Positions 28,733-38,123 of a DNA stretch of 64,000 nucleotides are shown here, piece after piece. The stretch covers positions 72,698-136,697 of the forward strand of contig OZ251531.1 in the NCBI GenBank assembly GCA_965243185.1, in the 5' to 3' direction. A program made the translations under genes and the position numbers. Position 1 is the stretch's first letter, and every line of letters begins with the position of its first letter. The notes under the pieces are model-generated. The model did no database searches. It saw only the letters and a list, made by a program, of their open reading frames with translations, and had not been told where the DNA came from. This DNA is from Dehalococcoidia bacterium (GTDB taxonomy: Bacteria > Chloroflexota > Dehalococcoidia > Lucifugimonadales > UBA3495).

Positions 28733-29608
28733 ATGCATGAGGAAAACGGGCAAGCGAACCTAAACCCCACCGCAGAACCGACTGTCCAGTTGGGCAGCGG
28801 GATTTACGTTGATGTGGAGAATCTCCAGACGGCGGCGCAAGAAGTTGTCCAGACTTTGCTGCAATCTTGGCCCGATTCCGCCCCGGTGCCATCTCTGTTG
28901 TCTCTCCACGTCAGGGCAGATCAATCTGACCTCTGGAGTATGTGGGCGGAAAGTCAATTCCCCCACCTCTCAGTCAAAGCCAAAGGTATCCAGCACTTCA
29001 GTGCCAACCCTGCCAAGAACTCCGCAGACATTGCCATAGCTATCGACGCTATGACCGACTTCTTGATGCGGAGAATTGACTGCGTTGCGGTAGTCAGCGA
29101 CGACAGCGATTTTATCTCGCTGTATTCCAAGCTGAAGGACGAGCAAATTCGGATTGGATGTATGTCCAGTAAAGTCCCTTTCCTGTGGGTAGTAACCGAC
29201 CGCCCCAAAACCCGCTCCTTAAATATGCGGGACTACTTCCCCAACGACCACGTCTTTGTGGTGCCTTTTCCTAAAAAGGCTAACACTGATGCACCGAAAA
29301 CCGGTGCCAACGAATCGCACAGAAAAGGAGTGCCAGCAGAGGAGACCGATAGTATCTTCGAGAATATGGCTCAAGCCATCGTCCGAGAAACTGACGTTGG
29401 GCCGTTCAAAAGCACGGACACCCAAAGCATCATAAAGAGTCATTGGTCGAGTCATTCATTGGCAAAGGCCAGTAAGCAGACTTACGGTGAGGAGTTTAGG
29501 AAAAAGCTCCTGCCTCCCTTGCAGAAGTACGGTGTTACTGAACCCGATCCGAACAAGAAGCCCCGAGAATATAGGATGACTGATGAAGCCAAGAGCTCAG
29601 TATCCTGA
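28733..29608 (+). CDS. NYN domain (LabA/DUF88, PIN-like) protein with C-terminal extension
   Basis: IYVDVENL, KNSADIAIAIDAM and VVSDDSDF acidic motifs; lower GC than neighbours. Confidence 0.8.
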   Translation: MHEENGQANLNPTAEPTVQLGSGIYVDVENLQTAAQEVVQTLLQSWPDSAPVPSLLSLHVRADQSDLWSMWAESQFPHLSVKAKGIQHFSANPAKNSADIAIAIDAMTDFLMRRIDCVAVVSDDSDFISLYSKLKDEQIRIGCMSSKVPFLWVVTDRPKTRSLNMRDYFPNDHVFVVPFPKKANTDAPKTGANESHRKGVPAEETDSIFENMAQAIVRETDVGPFKSTDTQSIIKSHWSSHSLAKASKQTYGEEFRKKLLPPLQKYGVTEPDPNKKPREYRMTDEAKSSVS

Positions 29609-29632
29609 AAGTCCATCCTCGTACCCAGCCCC

Positions 29633-30316
29633 CTAACCCACCACCCTAAACCGATACCCTACATTCCAAATCGTTTCCACAAAGGAATGATCCGGGTCTT
29701 CGATTTTGGAGCGCAGCCGCCGCACATGAACATCCACCGTCCGCGTGCCGCCCAAGTAGTCATATCCCCAAATCTGGCTCAACAGCACATCCCGCGTATA
29801 AACCCGCCCCGGATTCGACGCCAGCATCACCAGCAGTTGAAACTCCTTGTAAGTCAGGGAAACCCGCCGGCCGGCCATCATCACATCGTACCGTTCCAGG
29901 TCAATTGCCAAGTCGCCGATTTTCAGCAACTGCCCCCCGACCGGCCCGTTGACCCGGTGTTTCGCCTGCCGGATACGGGCCAGCAACTCGCCCCGCTGCA
30001 CCGGGCTTAAAATGAACTCATCCGGGTTCAACGCCGGGTCATAACTCTCCACCGTCGCCCCCGGCACCACGGCCAGCACCGGCAGTTTCAACTCCCGGCA
30101 GCCCTCCACCAGCACCCGGCACTGGGACGCCTCAAAGGAATCCGTATCCAGCAGCGCCGCGTCCAGCCCCGCCGACTGCGCCGCTGCCTCCTCCACTTGC
30201 GCCAAATCCGAACCAAACCGGCAAGTCAACCCGGCTTGACTGACCGTTTCCAGCAAAGGACGCAAACCGTTGCCGTGACTTGCCAGGAGAAATATGCTAT
30301 ACACCGGCTTGCTCAA
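29633..30316 (-). CDS. orphan OmpR-family response regulator, GlnR-like, with atypical receiver domain
   Basis: LTYKEFQLL…PGRVYTR…IWGYDYLGGTRTVDVHVRRLRSKI. The receiver lacks the acidic pair and the conserved Thr and Lys; no kinase is adjacent. Confidence 0.85.
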   Translation of the reverse strand: MSKPVYSIFLLASHGNGLRPLLETVSQAGLTCRFGSDLAQVEEAAAQSAGLDAALLDTDSFEASQCRVLVEGCRELKLPVLAVVPGATVESYDPALNPDEFILSPVQRGELLARIRQAKHRVNGPVGGQLLKIGDLAIDLERYDVMMAGRRVSLTYKEFQLLVMLASNPGRVYTRDVLLSQIWGYDYLGGTRTVDVHVRRLRSKIEDPDHSFVETIWNVGYRFRVVG

Positions 30317-30463
30317 CTATGGCCCGGCCACCGCCGCGCCGATTTTCCGGTAAGTATATGCGATTTTCCCCCCTTTTAACAAATCCCGTCCCGCCATTGA
30401 ACCCAACCAAGCCATCCTGCTATCATAGTATCCACCGGCACCCCATCCAACGGCGGGAGAATT

Positions 30464-31258
30464 ATGCTGACGCAAACCTTGCCCCAAACCCCGGCGGAAA
30501 CCTGGGCTGAAATCCGCTCCGGCCACTGGCGCGGCGTAACCTCCGGCGTCGCCCCCGGCTATGTCCAGGCCAACTTGGCCATCCTGCCCCGGGAACTGGC
30601 CTTTGACTTTCTCCTTTTCTGCCAGCGCAATCCCAAACCTTGCCCCCTGCTGGAAGTAATCGAAGCCGGCCAAGTCGAGCCGGCCCTTACCGCCCCCGGC
30701 GCCGACCTCCGCACCGACCTCCCCGGCTACCGGGTGTACGAACAGGGGCAACTGACCGGGGAAACCGACAACCTGCTCGAACTCTGGCGGGACGACCTGG
30801 TTTCCTTCCTGTTGGGATGCAGCTTTTCCTTTGAGACCGCTATGGCTGACGCCGGCATCCCCCTGCGCCATCAGGAAATGCGCTGCAATGTCCCGATGTA
30901 TGTTACCAGCCTCCCTACCAACCCGGCCGGCGTCTTTTCCGGGCCGATGGTCGTCAGTATGCGCCCGGTACCCCAAGCCCAAATCGTCCGCGCCGTCCAG
31001 GTAACTTCCCGCTTTCCGGCCACCCACGGCGCGCCGCTGCATATCGGCAGCCCGGCCGCCATCGGCATCCGCGACCTCGACCGGCCCGACTTCGGCGACC
31101 CGGTGGAAATCCGCCCTGGCGAGGAACCGGTTTTCTGGGCTTGCGGCGTAACCCCCCAAGCCGTAGCCCTCAACTGCCAGCCCTCCCTGATGATTACCCA
31201 CGCCCCCGGCTATATGTTCGTAACCGCCCAACGGGACGCCGACTACGCTATCCTCTAA
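30464..31258 (+). CDS. putative hydro-lyase, DUF1445/YcsI family (D-glutamate cyclase N-half)
   Basis: TSG.APGYVQANL, FCQRNPKPCPLL, DLRTDLPGYRV, LGCSFSFE, NVPMY, FWACGVTPQ and ITHAPGYMF motifs. Confidence 0.92.
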   Translation: MLTQTLPQTPAETWAEIRSGHWRGVTSGVAPGYVQANLAILPRELAFDFLLFCQRNPKPCPLLEVIEAGQVEPALTAPGADLRTDLPGYRVYEQGQLTGETDNLLELWRDDLVSFLLGCSFSFETAMADAGIPLRHQEMRCNVPMYVTSLPTNPAGVFSGPMVVSMRPVPQAQIVRAVQVTSRFPATHGAPLHIGSPAAIGIRDLDRPDFGDPVEIRPGEEPVFWACGVTPQAVALNCQPSLMITHAPGYMFVTAQRDADYAIL

Positions 31259-31374
31259 CCGCCCTTGCTTTCCCGGTCAATCGCCGTCATCCCGAACCTT
31301 GCCCTTTCCTTGCCCGCCGATCCCCTTTAGAACCGGATAAGCAACCCCATCCTCTGAACTTTCTAGGAGCCGCC

Positions 31375-32238
31375 GTGAACCCTCCCGGCAACACCATCGA
31401 GGACATCATCCTGGCTCAAGACCAACGCGGCGTGTCCGAACTGCGCCCCTTTCTGCCGCCCGACTTCTGCCGCCAAGCCGCCCAATACATCCTGGCCCAT
31501 CCCGGCAAGACGGCTATCGCCACCGGCTTTTACATCCTGTCTGCCGGCCAGCCCGAAACCGACGGGCCGCCCGGCGCTGTCGCCATCGGCAACGCCCTGC
31601 AAACCCTCGGCCGCCCGGTCTGCTACATCACCGACCGCTACACCGCGCCCTTGCTGCGGAACTGGCTGGGCTGCCAAGCCGAAGTCATTGACTTCCCTAT
31701 AACCGGCATCCCGGAAAGCCAACAGGCCGCCGCCGACCTTATCGCCCAAACCCGCCCTGAGCTACTCATCTCCATTGAACGCTGCGGCCGCACTGCCCAA
31801 GATGTGTACCTCAATATGCTCTCCCGGGACATCACCGCCTACACCGCCCGGCTCGACTATCTCTTTGCAATGGGTATCCCATCCGTAGGCATCGGCGACG
31901 GCGGCAACGAAATCGGTATGGGCAACCTGGCCGCGCACATTCCCCCGGTCGCGCGGCTTCCCGATGAACCGGCCATCGCCACCGTGGACCGACTGGTCAT
32001 CGCCAGCGTATCCAACTGGGGCGGCTACGGCTTGGTCGCCGCCCTCTCCCAACTGACCGGCCGCAATCTCTTGCCATCGGTAGAGGACGATACCCGTTTC
32101 ATCCGCCAAATGGTCGACGCCGGCGCCGTGGATGGCGGCAGCGGCCAAAACCGTTACTATGTCGACAACTTCACCCTGGAGCAAAACGCCGCCATCCTGA
32201 CCGCCCTCCACCAACTGGCCGCCGAAGCGATACAATAA
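31375..32238 (+). CDS. DUF4392 / glutamate cyclase domain protein (D-glutamate cyclase C-half)
   Basis: DQRGV, TGF, ETDGPPGA, ISIERCG, YLNM, GIGDGGNEIGMG and ASVSNWGGYGL motifs; GTG start with AGGAG RBS. Confidence 0.88.
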   Translation: MNPPGNTIEDIILAQDQRGVSELRPFLPPDFCRQAAQYILAHPGKTAIATGFYILSAGQPETDGPPGAVAIGNALQTLGRPVCYITDRYTAPLLRNWLGCQAEVIDFPITGIPESQQAAADLIAQTRPELLISIERCGRTAQDVYLNMLSRDITAYTARLDYLFAMGIPSVGIGDGGNEIGMGNLAAHIPPVARLPDEPAIATVDRLVIASVSNWGGYGLVAALSQLTGRNLLPSVEDDTRFIRQMVDAGAVDGGSGQNRYYVDNFTLEQNAAILTALHQLAAEAIQ

Positions 32239-32256
32239 CCCAAAATAGGAGGAACA

Positions 32257-32520
32257 ATGACTACCCTCAAAGAACTCCACGACCTGGTGGACTGGTTGCC
32301 CGAGTGCGCCCACGCCGAAGCCCGCCAAACCCTGTTGCACCACCTCAAAAAACACGACCCCGTGCGCTACGCCCTTTTCACCGCCCCCCTGGACGACGAG
32401 CCGGAAACCGAAGCGGAACGCGACGCCGTAGCCGAAGCCTACGCTGCCATCGAACGGGGAGAAGTAATTTCCCACGAAGATCTGATGCGGGAGTTGGAAC
32501 TTGAGAGTCGATTGGACTGA
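32257..32520 (+). CDS. putative antitoxin of RelE/ParE module
   Basis: AGGAGG RBS; APLDDEPETEAE…A.AAIERGEVISHEDL pattern; overlaps the toxin gene. Confidence 0.75.
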   Translation: MTTLKELHDLVDWLPECAHAEARQTLLHHLKKHDPVRYALFTAPLDDEPETEAERDAVAEAYAAIERGEVISHEDLMRELELESRLD

Positions 32521-32749
32521 CCCCGCGACCAGAGACTTGCGAAGGTTAGACCGCACAACCTTTCGCCGCGTAACCCGGGCCGTCGTCTCCTTTGCCGAAA
32601 CCGGACACGGCGACGTAGTAAAACTACACGGCCGGGAACCGGAGTGGCGTCTGCGGGTAGGAGATTGGCGCGTAAGGTTCACCTTCACCGACAACGGCGA
32701 AACCCTAAGAGTCCTACGCGTCCTCAACCGCCGCGAAGCCTACCGCTAA
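32501..32749 (+). CDS. RelE/ParE family type II toxin
   Basis: WTDPATRDLRRLD…GDVVKL.G…WRLRVGDWRVRF…LRVLRVLNRREAYR. Confidence 0.9.
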   Translation: MRVDWTDPATRDLRRLDRTTFRRVTRAVVSFAETGHGDVVKLHGREPEWRLRVGDWRVRFTFTDNGETLRVLRVLNRREAYR

Positions 32750-32770
32750 CCCCAATCATCCTTTCCGGAG

Positions 32771-32810
32771 GGACAAACAATAACCACCCTCAAAGAACTC
32801 CACGACCTGA
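32771..32810 (+). repeat. degenerate second copy of the antitoxin RBS and first 10 codons
   Basis: accctcaaagaactccacgacctg at 32263-32286 and 32786-32809. In the second copy ATG is changed to ATA and the repeat is followed by TGA. Confidence 0.85.
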
Positions 32811-32817
32811 TTTTCCC

Positions 32818-33003
32818 TCAAGACCGCGGAATGCCCAAGTCTCTGTAAATTTTCCGCGGCAGTAAAACATCCAGCTCAGTATGCCGCGGCACCGCCGTGC
32901 GCCGTCCGTTAGCTGGATTTTCCCACCACGAATGTCTGGCTCCCTCGCGAATCAGCACACAGCCGTGCGCTCTGAGGTGCGCAATAAGCTCCCGCCGCCT
33001 CAC
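32818..33003 (-). CDS. hicA: HicA family toxin
   Basis: MRRRELIAHL..HGC..IREGARHSWW.NP…TAVPRH…IYRDLGI. Confidence 0.9.
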   Translation of the reverse strand: MRRRELIAHLRAHGCVLIREGARHSWWENPANGRRTAVPRHTELDVLLPRKIYRDLGIPRS

Positions 33004-33212
33004 ACCTCAATGCTCACTACTTCATACTCTCCGGTAGCCGCCGCCACGGCCTCCGCCTGGTTCATCTCCAGCGCCTCCTGCAACGCTGAACGCAGGTTCT
33101 CCAGCAACGCCTCCCGGGTCTCCCCTTGCGAATTCACCCCGGAAACCTCCTCAACCCAGCCCACCCACCACTTGCCGTTGGGCTGAATTATCGCCGTATA
33201 AGCGGTTTTCAT
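33000..33212 (-). CDS. hicB: short HicB family antitoxin (no DNA-binding domain)
   Basis: YTAII…WWVGWVEEVSGVNSQGETREALLENLRSAL; GTGA overlap with hicA. Confidence 0.88.
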   Translation of the reverse strand: MKTAYTAIIQPNGKWWVGWVEEVSGVNSQGETREALLENLRSALQEALEMNQAEAVAAATGEYEVVSIEV

Positions 33213-33267
33213 CGACCAACTCCCTCCTGCCTTCCAGACTTTCCCACGCCCCCTCCCCCAAAAAAAC

Positions 33268-35265
33268 CTACCCCGACAGCGTCCGCTCCTCCAACGACAG
33301 CACCCGCCGCAACTCAAAAATCTCATCCCGCACCTGCGCCGCCTTCTCAAACTCCAAGTTCCGGGCCGCATCCTTCATCTGCACCTCCAAATCCTTAATC
33401 ACCCGGAACATATCCTCCCGCGACATCTCCTGCCGCGCCGTGCGGTAACTCCCCCGGCTCTCCCCAATCCCCTTAATCCCCTCCGTTATGTCATGCACCG
33501 CCTTATGGATGCTCTGCGGCTCAATCCCGTGTTCCCGGTTATACACATCCTGGATACTCCGCCGCCGATAAGTCTCGTCAATCGCCCGCTTCATCGAATC
33601 AGTAACCCGGTCGGCGTACATTATCACATGACCCTCCGCATGACGGGCCGCCCGGCCGACGGTCTGTATCAGCGCGGTAGTCGAGCGCAGATACCCCTCC
33701 TTATCCGCATCCAGAATCGCTACCAAACTCACCTCCGGCAAGTCCAGCCCTTCCCGCAGCAGGTTAATCCCCACAATCACGTCGTACACGCCCAACCGCA
33801 AATCCCGCAGGATTTCCACCCGCTCCAAAGTGTGAATATCCGAGTGCAGGTAATGATTGCGGATACCCATTTCCGACAGAAAATCCGCCAGTTCCTCCGC
33901 CATCCGCTTGGTCAACGTAGTTACCAGACACCGCTGCCCCAAGTCCACCCGAACCTTGATTTGATACAGCAGATCGTCAATCTGCCCCTCCGACGGCTTT
34001 ACCTCAATGGTCGGGTCCAGCAAGCCGGTCGGTCGAATCACCTGTTCCACCACCGCCGCGCTATGCTCCATTTCGTAAGGCCCCGGCGTTGCCGACACAA
34101 AAACCACCTGGTTGATATGCCGCTCAAACTCCCCGAAATTCAACGGCCGGTTGTCCAACGCCGACGGCAGCCGAAACCCGAAATCCACCAGCGTTTGCTT
34201 CCGGGAACGATCCCCGTGATACATCCCCCGAATCTGTGGCAAAGTCATGTGCGACTCGTCCACCAGCATCAGGTAATCCTCCGGGAAATAGTCCAGCAGC
34301 GTCCACGGCGCCGACCCGGCTTCCCGCCGCGACAAATGCCGGGCGTAATTCTCCACCCCGGCGCAAAACCCCGTTTCCTGCAACATCTCCAAATCGTAGT
34401 GCGTGCGACTCTCCAGTCGTGCCGCCTCCAGCACCTTATCCTCCGCCCGCAGCTCCCGCAGCCGCTCCTCTAACTCCACCTCAATATCGGCGCACGCCAA
34501 CGCCAGCCGCTCCTTGCTGGTAACAAAATGTTTAGCCGGATAGATGGCCGCCTCCTCCTGCTGCGCCAACACCTCCCCGGTCAGCGGATCCAGCGACACA
34601 ATCCGCTCCACCTCATCCCCGAAAAACTGAATCCGCATTGCCACTTCCTCATACGCCGGCACAATCTCCAGCGTATCCCCCCGCACCCGAAACTTCCCCC
34701 GGGCCAGCTCCAGATCATTCCGCTCGTACTGCATCTCAATCAACTGCCGCAGCAGCCGCCCCCGGTCCCGGATTTCCCCCACCTTCACCTGCGCCACCAG
34801 GTTAAAGTAATCCTGCGGATCCCCCAGCCCGTAAATGCACGACACCGACGCCACAATCAGCACATCCCGCCGCGTCAGTAGCGAAGTAGTCGCCGACAGC
34901 CGCAGCTTGTCCAACTCCTCATTGATACTGGCGTCCTTCTCCACATAGGTATCCGTCTGTGGCACATACGCCTCCGGCTGGTAGTAATCGTAATAGGAAA
35001 CGAAATACTCCACCGCATTGTTGGGGAAAAACTCCCTGAACTCCGTAGCCAACTGCGCCGCCAGCGTCTTGTTATGGGCAATGACCAAAGTCGGCCGCTG
35101 CACTTCCTGGACGATGTTCGCCATCGTAAAAGTCTTGCCGCTGCCGGTAACCCCCAGCAGCGCCTGCTGCACCACCCCCTCCGTAACCCCGGCCGCCAGC
35201 CGCGCCACCGCCTGCGGCTGATCTCCGGTCATCTGAAAATCCGAAGCAATCGTAAAGTCCGGCAT
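33268..35265 (-). CDS. uvrB: excinuclease ABC subunit B
   Basis: [59 protein letters not shown] and the UVR coiled coil. Confidence 0.99.
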   Translation of the reverse strand: MPDFTIASDFQMTGDQPQAVARLAAGVTEGVVQQALLGVTGSGKTFTMANIVQEVQRPTLVIAHNKTLAAQLATEFREFFPNNAVEYFVSYYDYYQPEAYVPQTDTYVEKDASINEELDKLRLSATTSLLTRRDVLIVASVSCIYGLGDPQDYFNLVAQVKVGEIRDRGRLLRQLIEMQYERNDLELARGKFRVRGDTLEIVPAYEEVAMRIQFFGDEVERIVSLDPLTGEVLAQQEEAAIYPAKHFVTSKERLALACADIEVELEERLRELRAEDKVLEAARLESRTHYDLEMLQETGFCAGVENYARHLSRREAGSAPWTLLDYFPEDYLMLVDESHMTLPQIRGMYHGDRSRKQTLVDFGFRLPSALDNRPLNFGEFERHINQVVFVSATPGPYEMEHSAAVVEQVIRPTGLLDPTIEVKPSEGQIDDLLYQIKVRVDLGQRCLVTTLTKRMAEELADFLSEMGIRNHYLHSDIHTLERVEILRDLRLGVYDVIVGINLLREGLDLPEVSLVAILDADKEGYLRSTTALIQTVGRAARHAEGHVIMYADRVTDSMKRAIDETYRRRSIQDVYNREHGIEPQSIHKAVHDITEGIKGIGESRGSYRTARQEMSREDMFRVIKDLEVQMKDAARNLEFEKAAQVRDEIFELRRVLSLEERTLSG

Positions 35266-35301
35266 CCCTGGAACCCTCTACTCCCTCAAAATCATCCCCG
35301 A

Positions 35302-35991
35302 TTATGCCTCCAAAAACCGGGCATCCCCCCGCACCCAAGCCAAGTAAAGGTCAATCCCGTCCTTATCCCCCACATAAGTAACGGAGTTGGGGGTGGCATC
35401 CTCTCCATCACAGCCAAGCAAATCGAGGAAATCCTGATAATCCTCAAAATGCTCATCTTCCTGGCTGAACGAATGAACCAGCATCACCGCCCACCGGGCA
35501 TTAAACCGTTCCGCCTCAATCAAAGCCGCCGCCGTGCGATGCAGCAACTGATAACGGATTTTGCCAACATCGCACTCCTCGACCTGCAACTTTTGCTTCA
35601 GGAAACTGAGCCGGCGTTCTTGACCAGGAGTCGGCGCATCACCAAGCCAATCCTCGACCAATTTGTCGAAGTCCTCACTAACCTTCCCCTCGACGCCAAT
35701 GACCACCAAATCGCCCGCGCCTTCGGCAAGGACAAAAAGGTCAGTCTGCGACGACCGCCTTCCCCCCGGTAGCGGAGTCTGGTACTCCGGGAAAGCCATC
35801 AACAATTCGACATTGCCGAATTGAGAATCCCTAAAAACTTCCCTGACCTCTTCAGGAAAACCGTTGGCGCTTTCCCAAGAGTATGCCAACGCTTTGGCCG
35901 AATAACCGGTCTTCCAATGCCTTTCCGGGTGTAGAACCTTCCAATCCTCCGGCCCGGTAGTCTCCTCCCCGTCCACAAAAAACTTCCCCAT
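35302..35991 (-). CDS. DUF6946 family protein (putative PD-(D/E)xK nuclease)
   Basis: HWKTGYSAKALAYSW, SQTDL…VIGVEGKV and IRYQLLHRTAAA motifs. Confidence 0.7.
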   Translation of the reverse strand: MGKFFVDGEETTGPEDWKVLHPERHWKTGYSAKALAYSWESANGFPEEVREVFRDSQFGNVELLMAFPEYQTPLPGGRRSSQTDLFVLAEGAGDLVVIGVEGKVSEDFDKLVEDWLGDAPTPGQERRLSFLKQKLQVEECDVGKIRYQLLHRTAAALIEAERFNARWAVMLVHSFSQEDEHFEDYQDFLDLLGCDGEDATPNSVTYVGDKDGIDLYLAWVRGDARFLEA

Positions 35992-36036
35992 AGAATTCCC
36001 TCCCGTGCCGCTATAACCCGAATTGCCGACCGCAGC

Positions 36037-36630
36037 CTACCCTCCCCCCATCCCCCGCAACGCCAGCCGTATCCGCTCCTCCAGCGTCTGCCCCGGCCCC
36101 CGCTCCAAACCCCCAATCGCCCGCCGCGCCTCCGCCGTCGAATACCCCAACGCCGTCAACGCCGCCACCAACTCCCCATCGCCCTCCGCCGCATAACCGC
36201 CGCCGCCCGCCGCCGCATCCCCCTCGGCCAACTCCAGCTTCCCCTTCAACTCCAGCACCAAGCGGCTCGCCGTCCGCCGCCCGATACCGCTAACCCCGCT
36301 CAACGCCGCCACATCCCCCTCAGTAATCGCCTGCTGCAAACCGGCCGCCCCCAGTCCCGACAGCAACGCCAACCCCAAGCGCGGCCCCACTCCGGACACA
36401 CCAATAATCGCCTGAAACAGCTCCAGCGCCGCCGCGCTGCCAAAGCCGTACAAAACCGGCTGGTCATTAACCATCCGCAAATGGGTAAAAAACTGCACCG
36501 TACCGCCGGTCGGCCCCAAGTTGGCAATATCCGCCGTCGGCGCATAAACCAGCAACGTAACCCCGCCCACCGTCAAATGCACCCAATCGCCGCCTACCGC
36601 CGCCAATTGCCCCCGCAGCCCTACAATCAC
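36037..36630 (-). CDS. ruvA: Holliday junction branch migration protein RuvA
   Basis: VGGVTL, THLRM…LYGF, FQAIIGVSGVGPRLGL, SGIGRRTASRLVLELKGK and ALTALGYS motifs; GTG start overlaps the ruvC stop. Confidence 0.95.
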   Translation of the reverse strand: MIVGLRGQLAAVGGDWVHLTVGGVTLLVYAPTADIANLGPTGGTVQFFTHLRMVNDQPVLYGFGSAAALELFQAIIGVSGVGPRLGLALLSGLGAAGLQQAITEGDVAALSGVSGIGRRTASRLVLELKGKLELAEGDAAAGGGGYAAEGDGELVAALTALGYSTAEARRAIGGLERGPGQTLEERIRLALRGMGGG

Positions 36631-37154
36631 CGCCGCAACTCCCGCCCCGGCGCAATCTCCCGCGCCAACGCCGACCGCGCCCCGCTCTGGATCAAATGAC
36701 ACAACCCCACCGACAGCGCATCAGCGGCGTCCGCCTCCGGCAAAGTCGGCAGACCCAAAGTCGCCGCCAACGCCTGCTGCATCTGCTCCTTCGTCGCCGC
36801 CCCATAATCCGCCACCGCCCGTTTCACCTCCGCCGGCGCATACCGATACACCGGCAGTCCCGCGCTGGCCGCCCCAATCAAAACCACCGCTTGCGCCTGC
36901 CCCACCGCAATGGCCGGCCCGATAAACTGCCGTTCCCCCCGGCCCACAAACGGCTCCTCCACCGCCACCGCCTCCGGCTGAAACACGCTAATCATATTGC
37001 CGACATGGGTAAAAAGCTGATACAACCGCTTCTCCAGCGGCATCCCCTTGGGCAAAGCCACCACCCCATAATCCGCCGCCGCCGGATGCGGCTCGCTCTC
37101 CAGCACCCCATACCCCATCCGCACCGTCCCCGGATCAATCGCCAATACGCGCAT
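36627..37154 (-). CDS. ruvC: crossover junction endodeoxyribonuclease RuvC
   Basis: VLAIDPGT..MGYG, AVEEPF, VGQAQAV, EVKRAV.DYG.ATKEQMQ and DAADAL motifs. Confidence 0.96.
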   Translation of the reverse strand: MRVLAIDPGTVRMGYGVLESEPHPAAADYGVVALPKGMPLEKRLYQLFTHVGNMISVFQPEAVAVEEPFVGRGERQFIGPAIAVGQAQAVVLIGAASAGLPVYRYAPAEVKRAVADYGAATKEQMQQALAATLGLPTLPEADAADALSVGLCHLIQSGARSALAREIAPGRELRR

Positions 37155-37190
37155 CCCGTCCCCCTCAATCTAGCCATCATCCCCACCATC

Positions 37191-37395
37191 ATACCGTCAT
37201 CCCTCCACCCCCACCGTCATTCCCACCACCACACCGTCATTCCCACGAAAGTGGGAATCCAGAACCACCCTCAAATTCCATCATCCCCACCGTCATTCCC
37301 GTGCCAAAGGGAATCCACAGCCACCCTCAAATGCCATCATTCCCCCCACCCCCACCGTCATTCCCACGAAAGTGGGAACCCAGAACCCTCAAATG
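37191..37395 (+). repeat. tandem cluster of CGTC-type REP units
   Basis: CGTCATTCCC-N8-GGGAA(T/C)CC at 37235, 37291 and 37356, each followed by a (c)accctcaaat-like linker, plus truncated units at 37194 and 37215. Confidence 0.85.
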
Positions 37396-37434
37396 CAACC
37401 AGCCCGGCTCCATCCCAGCCGGGCTGCCTTCTCC

Positions 37435-37899
37435 CTACCGCACCGGCGCGCCCCCCGGCCCACCGCCCCAACCATCATCCTCTCCCGGCCGTGGCGGCTG
37501 CCCGCCCTCCGCCAAAATCCGGTAATAATCCGCCGCATCGGCAAACCCCTGCGCCTGCCGCTCCGCCGCCTGCGCCCGTTCCAACGCAATCTGCGACAAA
37601 TACGGCACCAAGCGCGGGTCATCCACCTTCCGCCCCAGCGTCTCCGCCAACTGCCGATTCTTCCGCAGCGCCGGCGCCAACCGCGGATCTTCCGTCCACT
37701 TCAGAATATCCAAAGCCTCCCGGCCCCGATCCACGTGTTCCCGCGCCTTCTCCAACGCCGCCCGCGCCGCCGCCTCCGCCCCCCGGGCCGCCGCAATCTC
37801 CCGCAGCGTCCGCGCCTGCTCCGCCGTCAACCCCGGAAACGGACTCGGCGGCCCCTCCTCCGGCTTTTCCCGCTTGCCAAACAATCCCCAGAACTTCAT
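37435..37899 (-). CDS. hypothetical helical protein
   Basis: ATG 37899 with GAGGGG RBS; internal repeat (E/D)DPRL(A/V)P(A/Y)L. Confidence 0.55.
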   Translation of the reverse strand: MKFWGLFGKREKPEEGPPSPFPGLTAEQARTLREIAAARGAEAAARAALEKAREHVDRGREALDILKWTEDPRLAPALRKNRQLAETLGRKVDDPRLVPYLSQIALERAQAAERQAQGFADAADYYRILAEGGQPPRPGEDDGWGGGPGGAPVR

Positions 37900-37997
37900 T
37901 ATCCCCTCCATCAACAAATGGAACCACCCACCAATTTCAGACCCTAGGGCGTATTCCCCCTAATTATTGACGCCCGGATAACCGACCCTATACCTAT

Positions 37998-38064
37998 GTC
38001 ATTCCGACCAAAGGGAGGAATCTAAAATGCCCGCCCTTGATTCTTTGCTATCCCTCGGAATGAC
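37998..38064. repeat. second CGTC/GTCA-type REP doublet
   Basis: GTCATTCCGACCAAAGGGAGGAATCT…GATTCTTTGCTATCCCTCGGAATGAC; a related single unit is at 39114-39141. Confidence 0.7.
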
Positions 38065-38123
38065 CTGACTGACCGACTGCGCTACCCAATCGTTAGCGTG
38101 AACACACTCCAACCGCCCCCACC

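Noticed and set aside
37191-37395. Possible CRISPR array (repeats with 56-65 bp period)
   Set aside because: Only three imperfect units, the spacers resemble each other, no cas genes, and the same palindrome occurs singly elsewhere. It fits REP sequences.
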